64,000 bases of DNA, taken from Candidatus Pacearchaeota archaeon CG10_big_fil_rev_8_21_14_0_10_31_59. GTDB lineage: Archaea > Nanobdellota > Nanobdellia > Pacearchaeales > CG1-02-31-27. Shown piece after piece: positions 49,155 through 58,589 of this stretch (position 1 is the first letter of the stretch; every line of letters begins with the position of its first letter). Location of the stretch: the NCBI GenBank assembly GCA_002763115.1, contig PFCW01000002.1, positions 131,703 to 195,702 of the forward strand, given 5' to 3'. Made by a program: the position numbers and the translations under genes. A model generated the notes under the pieces. It had not been told where the DNA came from and ran no database searches. It saw only the letters and a program-made list of their open reading frames with translations.

Positions 49155-49451
49155 ACACATTCTTTTTATTGTTCCACAATTTTTGCATCTAATTGTCTTT
49201 CTCTTGTTTTTTATTCTAATTTCGCAATTCTCTGGAGTGAAGATAAAATAACATTTCTTGCAGAATTTGTTTTTTAGTCTCTTGGGCAGTTTAAGATTAA
49301 TTTTCATAGCTATTCTCTTTGCCTTTTTAACGTTGTTAACTGCTATTTTCATATCTTTTTTAGCATAATCTTCAGCAACATCAAACATTCCTTCAATTTC
49401 CTTAAGAATTATTCTTTGTTTTTTTTCTTTAGAATCTTCTTTTTTCTTCAT
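49149..49451 (-). CDS. rnp4: RNase P protein Rpp21
   Basis: AKRIAMK..LKLP..K.KFCKKC...RIK...CKNCG.IKR. Confidence 0.88.
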   Translation of the reverse strand: MKKKEDSKEKKQRIILKEIEGMFDVAEDYAKKDMKIAVNNVKKAKRIAMKINLKLPKRLKNKFCKKCYFIFTPENCEIRIKNKRKTIRCKNCGTIKRMCL

Positions 49452-49599
49452 TTAATAATAAAATAATATCAATTAATAAACTTTTATATCGAAAAATTTA
49501 AATTTTTTGGGACATGGAAATTAATCATAACTTCCTATTTCGGAAATTGGAAATTTCCTCAATGCTGAAAATTGTTCTAATTTTCATCATAAAAAAAGA

Positions 49600-49713
49600 G
49601 AAGACAACTTTCAAGCTTCCCAACCCAAGGGCAAGTACAACTTAAAACATAGGCAGCTTAACTTCCGTGTTCGAAACGGGAACGGGTGTTTCCTGCTTAT
49701 TATGGTCGTCTTC
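49600..49713 (-). rRNA. rrf: 5S rRNA (stand-alone)
   Basis: Minus strand GAAGACGACCATA...GAAACACCCGTTCCCGTTTCGAACACGGAAGTTAAGC...GTTGTCTTC; terminal helix I pairs. Confidence 0.92.
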
Positions 49714-49773
49714 AATATAATTAATTCATCAAGATTTTTAAATGTTACTATTCTTTAATAATTGTATATTTAA

Positions 49774-49848
49774 GCTCCCGTAGCTCAGTTGGATTAGAGC
49801 ATCTCCGTCCTAAGGAGAGGGTCGCAGGTTCAAGTCCTGTCGGGAGCG
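49774..49848 (+). tRNA. tRNA-Arg(CCT)
   Basis: GCTCCCG/CGGGAGC acceptor, TCTCC-GT-CCT-AA-GGAGA anticodon arm, GCAGG-TTCAAGT-CCTGT. Confidence 0.93.
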
Positions 49849-49849
49849 C

Positions 49850-50284
49850 TTATTTTAAGCCCGTAGAACCAAATCCTTTTTTTCCTCTTTTAGTTTCAGT
49901 TAAGCTTTTAACTTCTTTTATGACTGGTTTTAGAATTGGAATAATTATCATTTGAGCAATTCTCATTCCTTTTTCAATTAAAACTTCATCATCATTTAAA
50001 TTTACAAGAACAACAGAAACTTCCCCCCTATAATCGGAGTCAAAAGTTCCAGCCACAGTATGAACATTCATTTTTGTAACAATACCTGCTCTGTCTCTTA
50101 ATAAACCAACATAACCCTTCGGTATTTCCATTATAATTCCAGTCTTAATAACCTCTTCAGCTCCAGGCAACATTTTTTTGTTCTCAGCTGCTCTAAGATC
50201 AAATCCAACATCTCCGGAATTCATATATTCTGGTAATCCAACTTCCTTATCAATAATCTTTATCTTCAACACTTCTTTTTTCAT
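49850..50284 (-). CDS. dut: Trimeric dUTPase
   Basis: GFDL, GTFDSDYRGEV, RIAQMII, RGKKGFGSTG. Confidence 0.95.
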   Translation of the reverse strand: MKKEVLKIKIIDKEVGLPEYMNSGDVGFDLRAAENKKMLPGAEEVIKTGIIMEIPKGYVGLLRDRAGIVTKMNVHTVAGTFDSDYRGEVSVVLVNLNDDEVLIEKGMRIAQMIIIPILKPVIKEVKSLTETKRGKKGFGSTGLK

Positions 50285-50365
50285 AAGTAAATTAAAGGTA
50301 GAATCTTTATAATCTTTATTGTTTTATATACATAATCTTTTTAAATATAAACAATCTTTTAGATT

Positions 50366-50417
50366 CCAAGAAAACTCTTCTGAGTTTTCTGGACCAGAAA
50401 AGTTTTGCTTTTCTTGG
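50366..50417. repeat. 52-bp double-hairpin palindromic element between the TATA box and tRNA-Gly
   Basis: CCAAGAAAACTC-TTCT-GAGTTTTCT GGACC AGAAAAG-TTTTG-CTTTTCTTGG; same architecture as 13369-13419. Confidence 0.75.
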
Positions 50418-50422
50418 TTTAA

Positions 50423-50592
50423 GCACCTGTGATGTAATGGCTAGCATAGGAGCCTTCCAAGAAACTTTTTAGAAAAAAGTTTCATCAAAAAACGAGGAAA
50501 GCTCTTCGTCCGGGTTCGAGTTAAACTTTTTCCAGAAAAAGTTTAAACAAAAAGCATAGTGGAGAAAGTTTCCGAAAATCCCGGCGGGTGCA
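50423..50592 (+). tRNA. tRNA-Gly(TCC) with two BHB introns: 37/38 (50460-50499) and 59/60 (50521-50578)
   Basis: GCACCTG/CGGGTGC acceptor; GGAGC-CT-TCC-A|A-GCTCT; BHB helices CTTC/GAGG and TTCG/CGAA with 3-nt bulges; CCGGG/CCCGG T-stem. Confidence 0.87.
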
Positions 50593-50640
50593 TTTATAAG
50601 TAAATTTTAAAAAGTGTGATTACTTAAAAATTACAATAAG

Positions 50641-51387
50641 ATGAAAACAACCACTGTTGTTCTATCTGCTTATAATCTTGAAAAAATTGTAGAATCTTCT
50701 CTTTCTAACATAAAAAACTCTTTTGATATTGTTAGTTCAACAACTCATCCATTTTTTTATATTGTAGATGATTGTTCTTCAGATGATACCTATTCAATTA
50801 TACAACAGTCAATTAAAAAATTAAATCTTGATGCTAAACTAATTAAACATAACTCCAATCTTGGCTTACCAAATTCAGAATTAGAAGGTTATAGATATGC
50901 TTTAGAAATGAATTCTGATTGGATAATAAAAACTGATTTAGATTCAGATTTTAAATATGGTTTAATAATCCCCTCCTTAATTGGTGGATTAAATATTGAG
51001 AATTTGCCGTTTATAGTGGCTCAAAGAAATATTAGTGAAGAAGAGTTAAGGAGATTTAATCTTTATGAATTTTTCAAAAAATCTTCTATTTATGAAATTT
51101 TAGCGGAGTTTAGAATACCTGGATTAGATCCGGCCTCAGTCGGAACTCAATCTTTCCAATCTGATTTTTTAAGAAAATTGTTACAAATACAATATATTGG
51201 TAACTATAATAAATTTTGGGGATTAGATATTGCTATGGTATTAGTTGCTAAGAAAATTCTTAATATTTCCCCAGAAATAATTCAAATACCTGGAAATTAC
51301 GAACAATCAAGAAGATCCCCCGAAAAAATAAAAGAACAATATAATCTATATAGTAAGGTAGTGAACGAAGTTTTAAAAATAACTTAA
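50641..51387 (+). CDS. GT2-like glycosyltransferase, AT-rich
   Basis: SAYN, VDDCSSDDT, HNSNLG, KTDLD (DxD). Confidence 0.75.
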   Translation: MKTTTVVLSAYNLEKIVESSLSNIKNSFDIVSSTTHPFFYIVDDCSSDDTYSIIQQSIKKLNLDAKLIKHNSNLGLPNSELEGYRYALEMNSDWIIKTDLDSDFKYGLIIPSLIGGLNIENLPFIVAQRNISEEELRRFNLYEFFKKSSIYEILAEFRIPGLDPASVGTQSFQSDFLRKLLQIQYIGNYNKFWGLDIAMVLVAKKILNISPEIIQIPGNYEQSRRSPEKIKEQYNLYSKVVNEVLKIT

Positions 51388-51429
51388 AAAGATAAAAACC
51401 TTTAAAAACTATTTTTATCTTAATTTAAA

Positions 51430-52371
51430 ATGACTGATGAGATTATTAATGAAAAAAAGCCGGAAGTTAACAAGGAAAAAAGGAAAATAAACTGGGAAGC
51501 ATTTCATGATAAACATTATATAAAATTAATGTTTATTCCGATTGTAATACTTATTTTAGCTTTAATTTATCTGGCTGTTTTTTACTTTGCAAATGGCGAT
51601 ATTATGCATAAAGATATTACATTGACAGGCGGAACAATTTTGACTGTGAACGTCAATGAAAAAATAGATACTAACAAAATGACTTCTTTTCTCGAATCAA
51701 AATTAGCTGGGAAAGATGTTTCGATAAGAACTATGAAGGATATTTATTCTGGGAATCAGATAGCTATATCTATAGAATCCAACGCTGATTCTGATTTAAT
51801 CAAAAAAGCAGTTGAAGAATATGGAATTAAGCTGGAGGAAGGAAAATATAGTATAGAGGTGACAGGTTCAACCTTGTCAAAATCTTTTGGAAAAGAATTG
51901 CTTATTGCTGTTGCAATTGCCTTTATCTTTATGGCGATAGTAATTTTTATTTTATTCAGAGTGCCAATACCAAGTCTGGCTGTTATATTCGCAGCTTTTA
52001 CAGATATTATTGTAACATTAGCAGTAATTGATTTATTAGGTGTTAAGCTAGGAACAGCAGGGATTGCAGCATTTTTAATGTTGATTGGTTATTCTGTCGA
52101 TACCGATATAATGTTAACAAGCAGAGCATTGAAAGGAAAGGATTCTGGATTGAAATTAAACACAAGGTTATTTTCAGCAATTAAAACTGGATTTATGATG
52201 ACTTGGACCTCCATAGCAGTAACATTAATGGGTTATTTTGTTTTAGTCTCGCCAGTTTTAAAACAAGTATTTTTGATATTGTCAATAGGATTATTTGTTG
52301 ATCTAATTGCCACATGGCTTGGCAATTTATCTATTATAAAATGGTATTGCAAAAAGAAAAAAATAAATTAA
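51430..52371 (+). CDS. secF: Protein translocase subunit SecF
   Basis: DITLTGGT, AAFLMLIGYSVDTDIML; six-TM layout. Confidence 0.92.
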   Translation: MTDEIINEKKPEVNKEKRKINWEAFHDKHYIKLMFIPIVILILALIYLAVFYFANGDIMHKDITLTGGTILTVNVNEKIDTNKMTSFLESKLAGKDVSIRTMKDIYSGNQIAISIESNADSDLIKKAVEEYGIKLEEGKYSIEVTGSTLSKSFGKELLIAVAIAFIFMAIVIFILFRVPIPSLAVIFAAFTDIIVTLAVIDLLGVKLGTAGIAAFLMLIGYSVDTDIMLTSRALKGKDSGLKLNTRLFSAIKTGFMMTWTSIAVTLMGYFVLVSPVLKQVFLILSIGLFVDLIATWLGNLSIIKWYCKKKKIN

Positions 52372-52372
52372 A

Positions 52373-53884
52373 ATGAAACTCACATGGAAAATGTGGTTAT
52401 ATCTTGCAGTTTTGTTATTGGCAATAATATCAATAGCACCATGGGGATATGTTAATAAAGGTGTTGAAATTTCATCAATAGATCAAAATTTAAGCCAGGA
52501 AACAGGTTTATCTCAGGGAGATATTATAAAATATGTAAACGGAGATGAAATAAAAAATCTGGAAGATTATTCCAATGTTATCAATAAAATTTTCTCTTCA
52601 GAAGGAGAAAAAAGAATAGAAGTTAAAACCACAACTAAAGAATTTGTTTTTCTTTCAACTTCTATCCCGGAAATAGTTGTTAAGGACATAGAAAAAACAA
52701 AGATTAGAACTGGTTTGGAATTAAAAGGTGGAGCCAGGGCCTTGGTTAAACCAGAAAAAGAATTAACAGATCAGGAGATGATAAATCTTCTTGATTTGAC
52801 AAGACAGAGATTAAATGCTTATGGACTGAAAGATGTTCAAATTAAAGAAGCATCAGACTTATCGGGAAATAAATATATGTTAGTTGAAATAGCAGGTGCA
52901 ACACCTTCTGATTTGGAATCTTTGATAGCACAGCAAGGTAAATTCGAGGCAAAGATTGGAAATGAAACTGCTTTTATCGGAGGAAATAAAGACATAACAT
53001 CTGTTTGTAAAGGTGATGCACGATGCGAAGGAATAAGAGAGTGTAATGAAATAACAGAGGGTTATAGCTGCAGATTTGAATTTGGAATTACTTTATCCGG
53101 AGATGCAGCAAAAAAACACGCATCGATAACTTCAAATTTAAGTGAAAGCATAGAAAATCCGGGTTATTTAGACCAAAAATTAGATTTGTATCTTGATGAT
53201 ATTTTAGTTGATAGTTTGTTGGTAAGTATTGATTTGAAAGGAAAAGAAGCCACAGACATCGCAATTTCCGGGCCAGGTTATGGTGTCGATGAACAAGAAG
53301 CTTATGATAATGCGCAAGACAACATGAGAAAACTTCAGTCAATATTGATAACTGGAAGTTTGCCAGTAAAATTAGAAATTGAAAAAATTGATAGCGTAAG
53401 CCCAATTCTTGGAAAAGAATTCACAAGGAATATATTGATTGCAGCTTTGATAGCTCTACTTGTTGTTGGCTTGAGTATTTTTATAAGATACAGGAAATTA
53501 AAATTGACTTTAGCCATTATTTGCATGATGTTGAGCGAGATGATTATTTTATTGGGGATTTTGGCTTTATTCAAATCAAATATTGATTTGGCTGGAATTG
53601 CAGGAATTATAGCATCCATAGGAACAGGAATTGATGACCAGATAATTATGGTTGATAGTGCAGAATCACACAAACAATACAGCGTTAAGGAAAGAATCAA
53701 GAGAGCATTCTTCATTATTTTCGGAGCTTATTTAACTGTTTTGGTTGCAATGCTACCCCTATTCACTGCTGGCGCAGGACTTTTAAGAGGATTTGCATTA
53801 ACAACAATTATAGGAATGACAGTTGGTGTTTTAATAACAAGACCAGCATTCGGTGATATAATCAGCAAAATCACAAAAGATTAA
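52373..53884 (+). CDS. secD: Protein translocase subunit SecD
   Basis: GLELKGGAR, GSLPV, IGTGIDDQI, LRGFALTTIIG, TRPAF. Confidence 0.92.
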   Translation: MKLTWKMWLYLAVLLLAIISIAPWGYVNKGVEISSIDQNLSQETGLSQGDIIKYVNGDEIKNLEDYSNVINKIFSSEGEKRIEVKTTTKEFVFLSTSIPEIVVKDIEKTKIRTGLELKGGARALVKPEKELTDQEMINLLDLTRQRLNAYGLKDVQIKEASDLSGNKYMLVEIAGATPSDLESLIAQQGKFEAKIGNETAFIGGNKDITSVCKGDARCEGIRECNEITEGYSCRFEFGITLSGDAAKKHASITSNLSESIENPGYLDQKLDLYLDDILVDSLLVSIDLKGKEATDIAISGPGYGVDEQEAYDNAQDNMRKLQSILITGSLPVKLEIEKIDSVSPILGKEFTRNILIAALIALLVVGLSIFIRYRKLKLTLAIICMMLSEMIILLGILALFKSNIDLAGIAGIIASIGTGIDDQIIMVDSAESHKQYSVKERIKRAFFIIFGAYLTVLVAMLPLFTAGAGLLRGFALTTIIGMTVGVLITRPAFGDIISKITKD

Positions 53885-53885
53885 A

Positions 53886-54308
53886 ATGTTACCAATATTG
53901 CATTTTATTTTTTCTTTATTGTTATCTTCACTTTTTATTTCTAAATCAAATTTTCTTTTAATTTTATTATTGATATGTGCTGGAGGTTTTTTGATAGATA
54001 TAGATCATTATTTAATTTATTTCATAAAAACAAAAAACTTTAATTTATGGAAGGGTTATAAATTTTATCTGAATGCTAAACATGGAAGAAATGAACATGT
54101 ATTGCAGATTTTTCATACATTTGAATTTTTTGCTTTAGTTTTAATATCCTGTTTATTTTTTCCAATGATGCTTTATTTTTCAGCAAGCATACTTTTACAC
54201 TACATTTTAGATATCCTTGAAAATATTTTTACAAAGAACAAAGATTATGTTAAAGTTTGGTCTATACTCTATTTTATTATTAAGAAGAAGAATTCACAAG
54301 CTTTTTAA
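53886..54308 (+). CDS. Membrane-bound metal-dependent hydrolase-like protein (YdjM-like)
   Basis: H...DIDH...FHTFE...HYILD. Confidence 0.65.
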   Translation: MLPILHFIFSLLLSSLFISKSNFLLILLLICAGGFLIDIDHYLIYFIKTKNFNLWKGYKFYLNAKHGRNEHVLQIFHTFEFFALVLISCLFFPMMLYFSASILLHYILDILENIFTKNKDYVKVWSILYFIIKKKNSQAF

Positions 54309-54330
54309 AATCAATTACTCTTTTTTTAAA

Positions 54331-55839
54331 ATGGATAATTTAGAAAAAGGAGACAATAATCTTTTATCTTCGCTTGCTAAGGGCGGAACTTTAGTTATCT
54401 TCGGTATGGTGATATCAAAAATTCTCACTTATTTTTATAATATAGTTCTTGCCAGATCTCTTGGACCTGGCGATTATGGTTTAATTACCTTGGGTTTATC
54501 TGTAATCGGTTTAATAACTTCTTTAGCGATACTTGGCCTTCCCCAGGGAATAATAATATATATAGCAAGTTACAAAAGCAAGGAGGATAATAAATCAATA
54601 AATTCAGTAATTTCTTCATCGTTAGCAATCTCTTTAATTTTAGCCATTGTCTTAACTGTAATTTCATTTATTTTTGCAGAAAAAATTGCAGTGAATATAT
54701 TTCATAACTCAGATTTAATTTTGGTATTGAAAATATTTTCTTTTCTAATTCCACTGGAAGTTTTAGTAACACATTTAGAATCTTTTGTCAAAGGATTTCG
54801 AAGGATTAAATATTTTGTCCTGGTAAGACAAATCATCGAAAATTCTATTAAATTTGGTTTAACTGCTTTAGCTTTATTTTTGGGATTTAAAGTTGCTGGT
54901 GTTGTTGGGGTAATAATAATAACTTCTTTTATATCTTGCATTCTTCTTTTATTTTTCTTATATAAAAAAATATTCAAATTTTCGATTGTTAAACCAGACA
55001 AAATAAAAATGTTGTTAACTTTTTCACTTCCTCTTTTATTAGGTCAGATATTAATTACTTTCACTGGTTGGATGGATACTTTATTTTTAGGTTATTTAAA
55101 AACAACAACTGATGTTGGGATATATAACATAGCACTTTCAACCTCAAATTTGATCTCTGTTATCCCCCATGCTTTTTTTGTCTTGTTTTTGCCGATGATA
55201 ATTGAATTATATACAAAATCACAAAACATAACGAATTTGTATCATACAGTTGCAAAATGGATTTTCTTTATCAATTTACCTATTTTAGCGATATTGCTTA
55301 TATTTCCAAAACAAATTATTACAATATTATTCGGTTCAGCTTATGAAAGTGGATTTCTGGTTTTAGCTATTTTAAGTATTAGTTTTTTCATTTTTAATTA
55401 TTCCTTAACTTCAAGAGAGGTATTATTAATGCTTAAAAAGACAAAACTTATTTTTTTGAATACAATAGTAGTATTTGCTTTGAACTTAATCCTTAATTTA
55501 ATTTTAATTCCGAAATACGGAATTTATGGAGCAGCTATAGCAACCGGAATTTCCTATATAATTCATGCAATTTTAATTCAAATAGAATTTTTCAAATTCA
55601 CAAAAATATCACCAATTCAATTAAATTATATTAAATCAATAATAGCAACTCTGTTACCTATACCTTTCATTTATCTTTTCTTAAAATTAACAGATATGCA
55701 ATCGCAAATTTTGGAGGGTATAATTTGTCTTGTTATATTCTCAGTGGTATACATTTCAATCTTATTTTTACTAAAAAGCTTTGATGAAGGAGAAAAAGAA
55801 TTATTCAAAAAGTTGAAATCAAGATTGTTTAAAAAATGA
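54331..55839 (+). CDS. Oligosaccharide flippase (Wzx/MOP superfamily)
   Basis: Start re-called at 54331; LARSLGPGDYG, DTLFLG...VGIY, LIPKYGIYGAAIAT; about 14 TM. Confidence 0.9.
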   Translation: MDNLEKGDNNLLSSLAKGGTLVIFGMVISKILTYFYNIVLARSLGPGDYGLITLGLSVIGLITSLAILGLPQGIIIYIASYKSKEDNKSINSVISSSLAISLILAIVLTVISFIFAEKIAVNIFHNSDLILVLKIFSFLIPLEVLVTHLESFVKGFRRIKYFVLVRQIIENSIKFGLTALALFLGFKVAGVVGVIIITSFISCILLLFFLYKKIFKFSIVKPDKIKMLLTFSLPLLLGQILITFTGWMDTLFLGYLKTTTDVGIYNIALSTSNLISVIPHAFFVLFLPMIIELYTKSQNITNLYHTVAKWIFFINLPILAILLIFPKQIITILFGSAYESGFLVLAILSISFFIFNYSLTSREVLLMLKKTKLIFLNTIVVFALNLILNLILIPKYGIYGAAIATGISYIIHAILIQIEFFKFTKISPIQLNYIKSIIATLLPIPFIYLFLKLTDMQSQILEGIICLVIFSVVYISILFLLKSFDEGEKELFKKLKSRLFKK

Positions 55840-56664
55840 TTAATCTTTAATATATTTTTCTTTTTCCTCTGGAGAAAGTTTACTTATTAAAAAATCTTCA
55901 ACCTTTCTTTTTGAATAACACGTTCCCATATCACTCCAGAAGCCTCTAACAATAAAATAACCAAGCTTCTTTTTATCAACATAACTCTGATTTACGTCAC
56001 TTATTTCATATTCTCCCCTCCATGATGGTTTTAGCTTTTTTATTATCTCAAAAACGTCCGGCATGTAAAAATATAATCCTGTTACAACCAAATTTGTCTT
56101 TGGGTTTATGGGCTTTTCTTCTATATGAAATATCTTATTATTTCTTACTTCAGCAATTCCGAATCTTGCTCTTTTAACTGGTTTATTATTTTGCCTAGGA
56201 TCTTCATGTATTTCATATAATTTACTATCTAAAACTTTCTTTAGAAATACGTAAGAAGAATTGCTTTTTCTAAATTTTTTGACGGTTTCGGATATATCAT
56301 CTTCAAAGAAGTTATCTCCGAGTATAACAATCATCTTTCTTCCATTAACAACTATTTCCGTTTGTCTTAAAGCATCAGCTATACCTAATGCCTTTTCCTG
56401 CATCAAGAAAACTATTTTTACACCAAACTTATCCCAAAATTTCAGTCCTCTATAAAAATGTTCGGCGTATTCCGGACCAGTAACTATTATTATATCCTTT
56501 ATCCCGGCTTTTAATAATAACATTATGGGATAATCTATCATTGGTCTGTCTAAAATCTGAACAAGATGTTTATTGGTGGTTACTCTGTATTCATTAGCTA
56601 TTTTTTTACCTATCCTTGTTCCCAGACCCCCGGCAAGTATAATCCCGACGATATCTTTCTTCAT
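55840..56664 (-). CDS. rmlA: Glucose-1-phosphate thymidylyltransferase-like nucleotidyltransferase
   Basis: Start re-called at MKKDIVGIILAGGLGTR (56664); LGDN, EEKP, VTGLYFY, PSWRGEYEISD. Confidence 0.88.
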   Translation of the reverse strand: MKKDIVGIILAGGLGTRIGKKIANEYRVTTNKHLVQILDRPMIDYPIMLLLKAGIKDIIIVTGPEYAEHFYRGLKFWDKFGVKIVFLMQEKALGIADALRQTEIVVNGRKMIVILGDNFFEDDISETVKKFRKSNSSYVFLKKVLDSKLYEIHEDPRQNNKPVKRARFGIAEVRNNKIFHIEEKPINPKTNLVVTGLYFYMPDVFEIIKKLKPSWRGEYEISDVNQSYVDKKKLGYFIVRGFWSDMGTCYSKRKVEDFLISKLSPEEKEKYIKD

Positions 56665-56722
56665 AATATAGAACACACAATAATAAGATTTATATAAATT
56701 TATATTCTCCATTAGATATAAA

Positions 56723-57562
56723 ATGGCTAAAATTTTGATATTTGGTAAGGGTTTTATCGGAAAAAGAATCCAAGAAGAACTACATTGTGAGATTTCAGAT
56801 AAACATATAACTTGTTTGAAGGATATAGAATCTGAAATTGATAAATTTAAACCAGAGATAATCATAAATTGCATCGGAACCACTGGAAAAATCGGAGGAA
56901 ATGTTGATGATTTAGAAGAAATTAAAGATAAAGCATTATTCTCTAACTCTTTGATACCTATAATGATGGCAGAAGTTTCTTTAAGAAGAAATATAAAATT
57001 AATACATTTGTCGAGCGGATGCATATTTCACTATGATTATAAAAATCAAAGTCCAATTACAGAGGAACAAGAGGGAGATTTTTTTGATTTGTTTTACAGC
57101 CGGACAAAAATTTATTCTGAACAAGCTTTAAAAATTTTATCTAAAAAATATGATATATTAATATTAAGAATAAGAATTCCATTGGATAATAGGCCAAATC
57201 CAAAAAATATCTTAGATAAACTGTTAGCTTATAAAAAAATAATTAATATACCCAATTCTATAACCTATATTCCAAGTTTTACAGAGGCTTTAAAGCATCT
57301 TATTAAAATTGATGCGACAGGTATTTATAATGTTGTAAACAAAGATAGCTTGAAATACAGTAAACTTTTGGATATTTATAAAAAATATAAGCCAGAGTTT
57401 GAATATCAGATAATAGGTCTAGATGAACTATATACAAAGATAAAAGGAAAAAGGACAAATATATTATTATCAGTAGAAAAATTGGAAAAAACAGGATTTA
57501 AAATGCCATCGATTTATGATATCTTGGAGGAATGTGTACGAACATATTTAAAAAATGCCTAA
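56723..57562 (+). CDS. NDP-4-keto-6-deoxyglucose reductase (RmlD-like; NRS/ER-type epimerase/reductase features)
   Basis: GKGFIG, NCIGTTG...NVD, SSGCIFHY, FYSRTK, LRIRIP. Confidence 0.75.
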   Translation: MAKILIFGKGFIGKRIQEELHCEISDKHITCLKDIESEIDKFKPEIIINCIGTTGKIGGNVDDLEEIKDKALFSNSLIPIMMAEVSLRRNIKLIHLSSGCIFHYDYKNQSPITEEQEGDFFDLFYSRTKIYSEQALKILSKKYDILILRIRIPLDNRPNPKNILDKLLAYKKIINIPNSITYIPSFTEALKHLIKIDATGIYNVVNKDSLKYSKLLDIYKKYKPEFEYQIIGLDELYTKIKGKRTNILLSVEKLEKTGFKMPSIYDILEECVRTYLKNA

Positions 57563-58589
57563 AAAAATTTTAGTTACTGGGGGTTGTGGATTTATAGGTA
57601 GCAATTTTATAATTTACTGGCTTAAAAATCATCCGTTAGATATAGTAATAAATCTCGATAAAATAACTTACGCAGGAAATAAAAAATATCTCTCAGAAAT
57701 AACTAAAAATAAAGATTGTAAAAAAAGATATAAATTTTTCAAGGGAAACATAAGAAATGTTAAGTTAGTTCAAAGAATATTAAATAAGGAAAATCCCGAT
57801 ATTATCGTTCATTTTGCAGCAGAGACCCACGTTACCAGATCTGAAGGTGCTGCAGAAAACGCAAAAAGATTTTTCGATACAAATGTAGCCGGAACTTTTA
57901 TATTACTTGAATCATGCGTTCAATTAAATAAACATTTAAGATTTATACAAATATCCACAGATGAAGTTTATGGTGAAGTGAAAGATGGTTTTAGAAAAGA
58001 ATCTGAGAAAAAATCAGGTTTTGGAAAAGCAACATCACCTTACGCTAAGACAAAAGCAATTGCGGATGATTTAGCTTTATCTTATTCTGATAAATTAGAT
58101 GTTATTGTTGCAAGACCAACAAATAATTTCGGTCCGAGACAAAATCCGGAAAAATTATTACCCAGAAGCATCACCAATCTTTTTTTAGGAAAACCTATAG
58201 AGATATGGGGAGAAGGCAATGAGATAAGAGACTGGCTTTATGTTGAGGATACCGCAAGAGCCATAGAAACTTTGATAGAAAAAGGAAAAACTGGAGAGGC
58301 ATACAATATAGGTGCAAACAATAAGCCAGAGATAACAAATAAAGAGATTGCGGAACTATTAGTAGAAATAATGAATTTGAATAAAGAAAAAATGATCAAA
58401 TTTGTTCCGAATCCGAGGAAACATCATGATTTTAGGTATGGTGTAGATACAGAAAAAATAAAAAAATTAGGGTGGGTTCCAAGTTATAATATAAAAGAAT
58501 TATTCACAAAAACAATTGATTGGTATAAAGAAAATAAAAAAATATGGCTTTCATTAAAAAAGGAAGCTGAGAAATTATATAACGATTAA
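57555..58589 (+). CDS. rmlB: dTDP-glucose 4,6-dehydratase
   Basis: VTGGCGFIGSNF, DKITYAGN, FAAETHV, STDEVYG, YAKTK, NNFGPRQ.PEKL. Confidence 0.92.
   Translation: MPKKILVTGGCGFIGSNFIIYWLKNHPLDIVINLDKITYAGNKKYLSEITKNKDCKKRYKFFKGNIRNVKLVQRILNKENPDIIVHFAAETHVTRSEGAAENAKRFFDTNVAGTFILLESCVQLNKHLRFIQISTDEVYGEVKDGFRKESEKKSGFGKATSPYAKTKAIADDLALSYSDKLDVIVARPTNNFGPRQNPEKLLPRSITNLFLGKPIEIWGEGNEIRDWLYVEDTARAIETLIEKGKTGEAYNIGANNKPEITNKEIAELLVEIMNLNKEKMIKFVPNPRKHHDFRYGVDTEKIKKLGWVPSYNIKELFTKTIDWYKENKKIWLSLKKEAEKLYND

Noticed and set aside
50593..51429. Genomic island integrated at tRNA-Gly
   Set aside because: The GT2 gene is AT-rich, but I found no duplicated tRNA 3' end and no integrase nearby.
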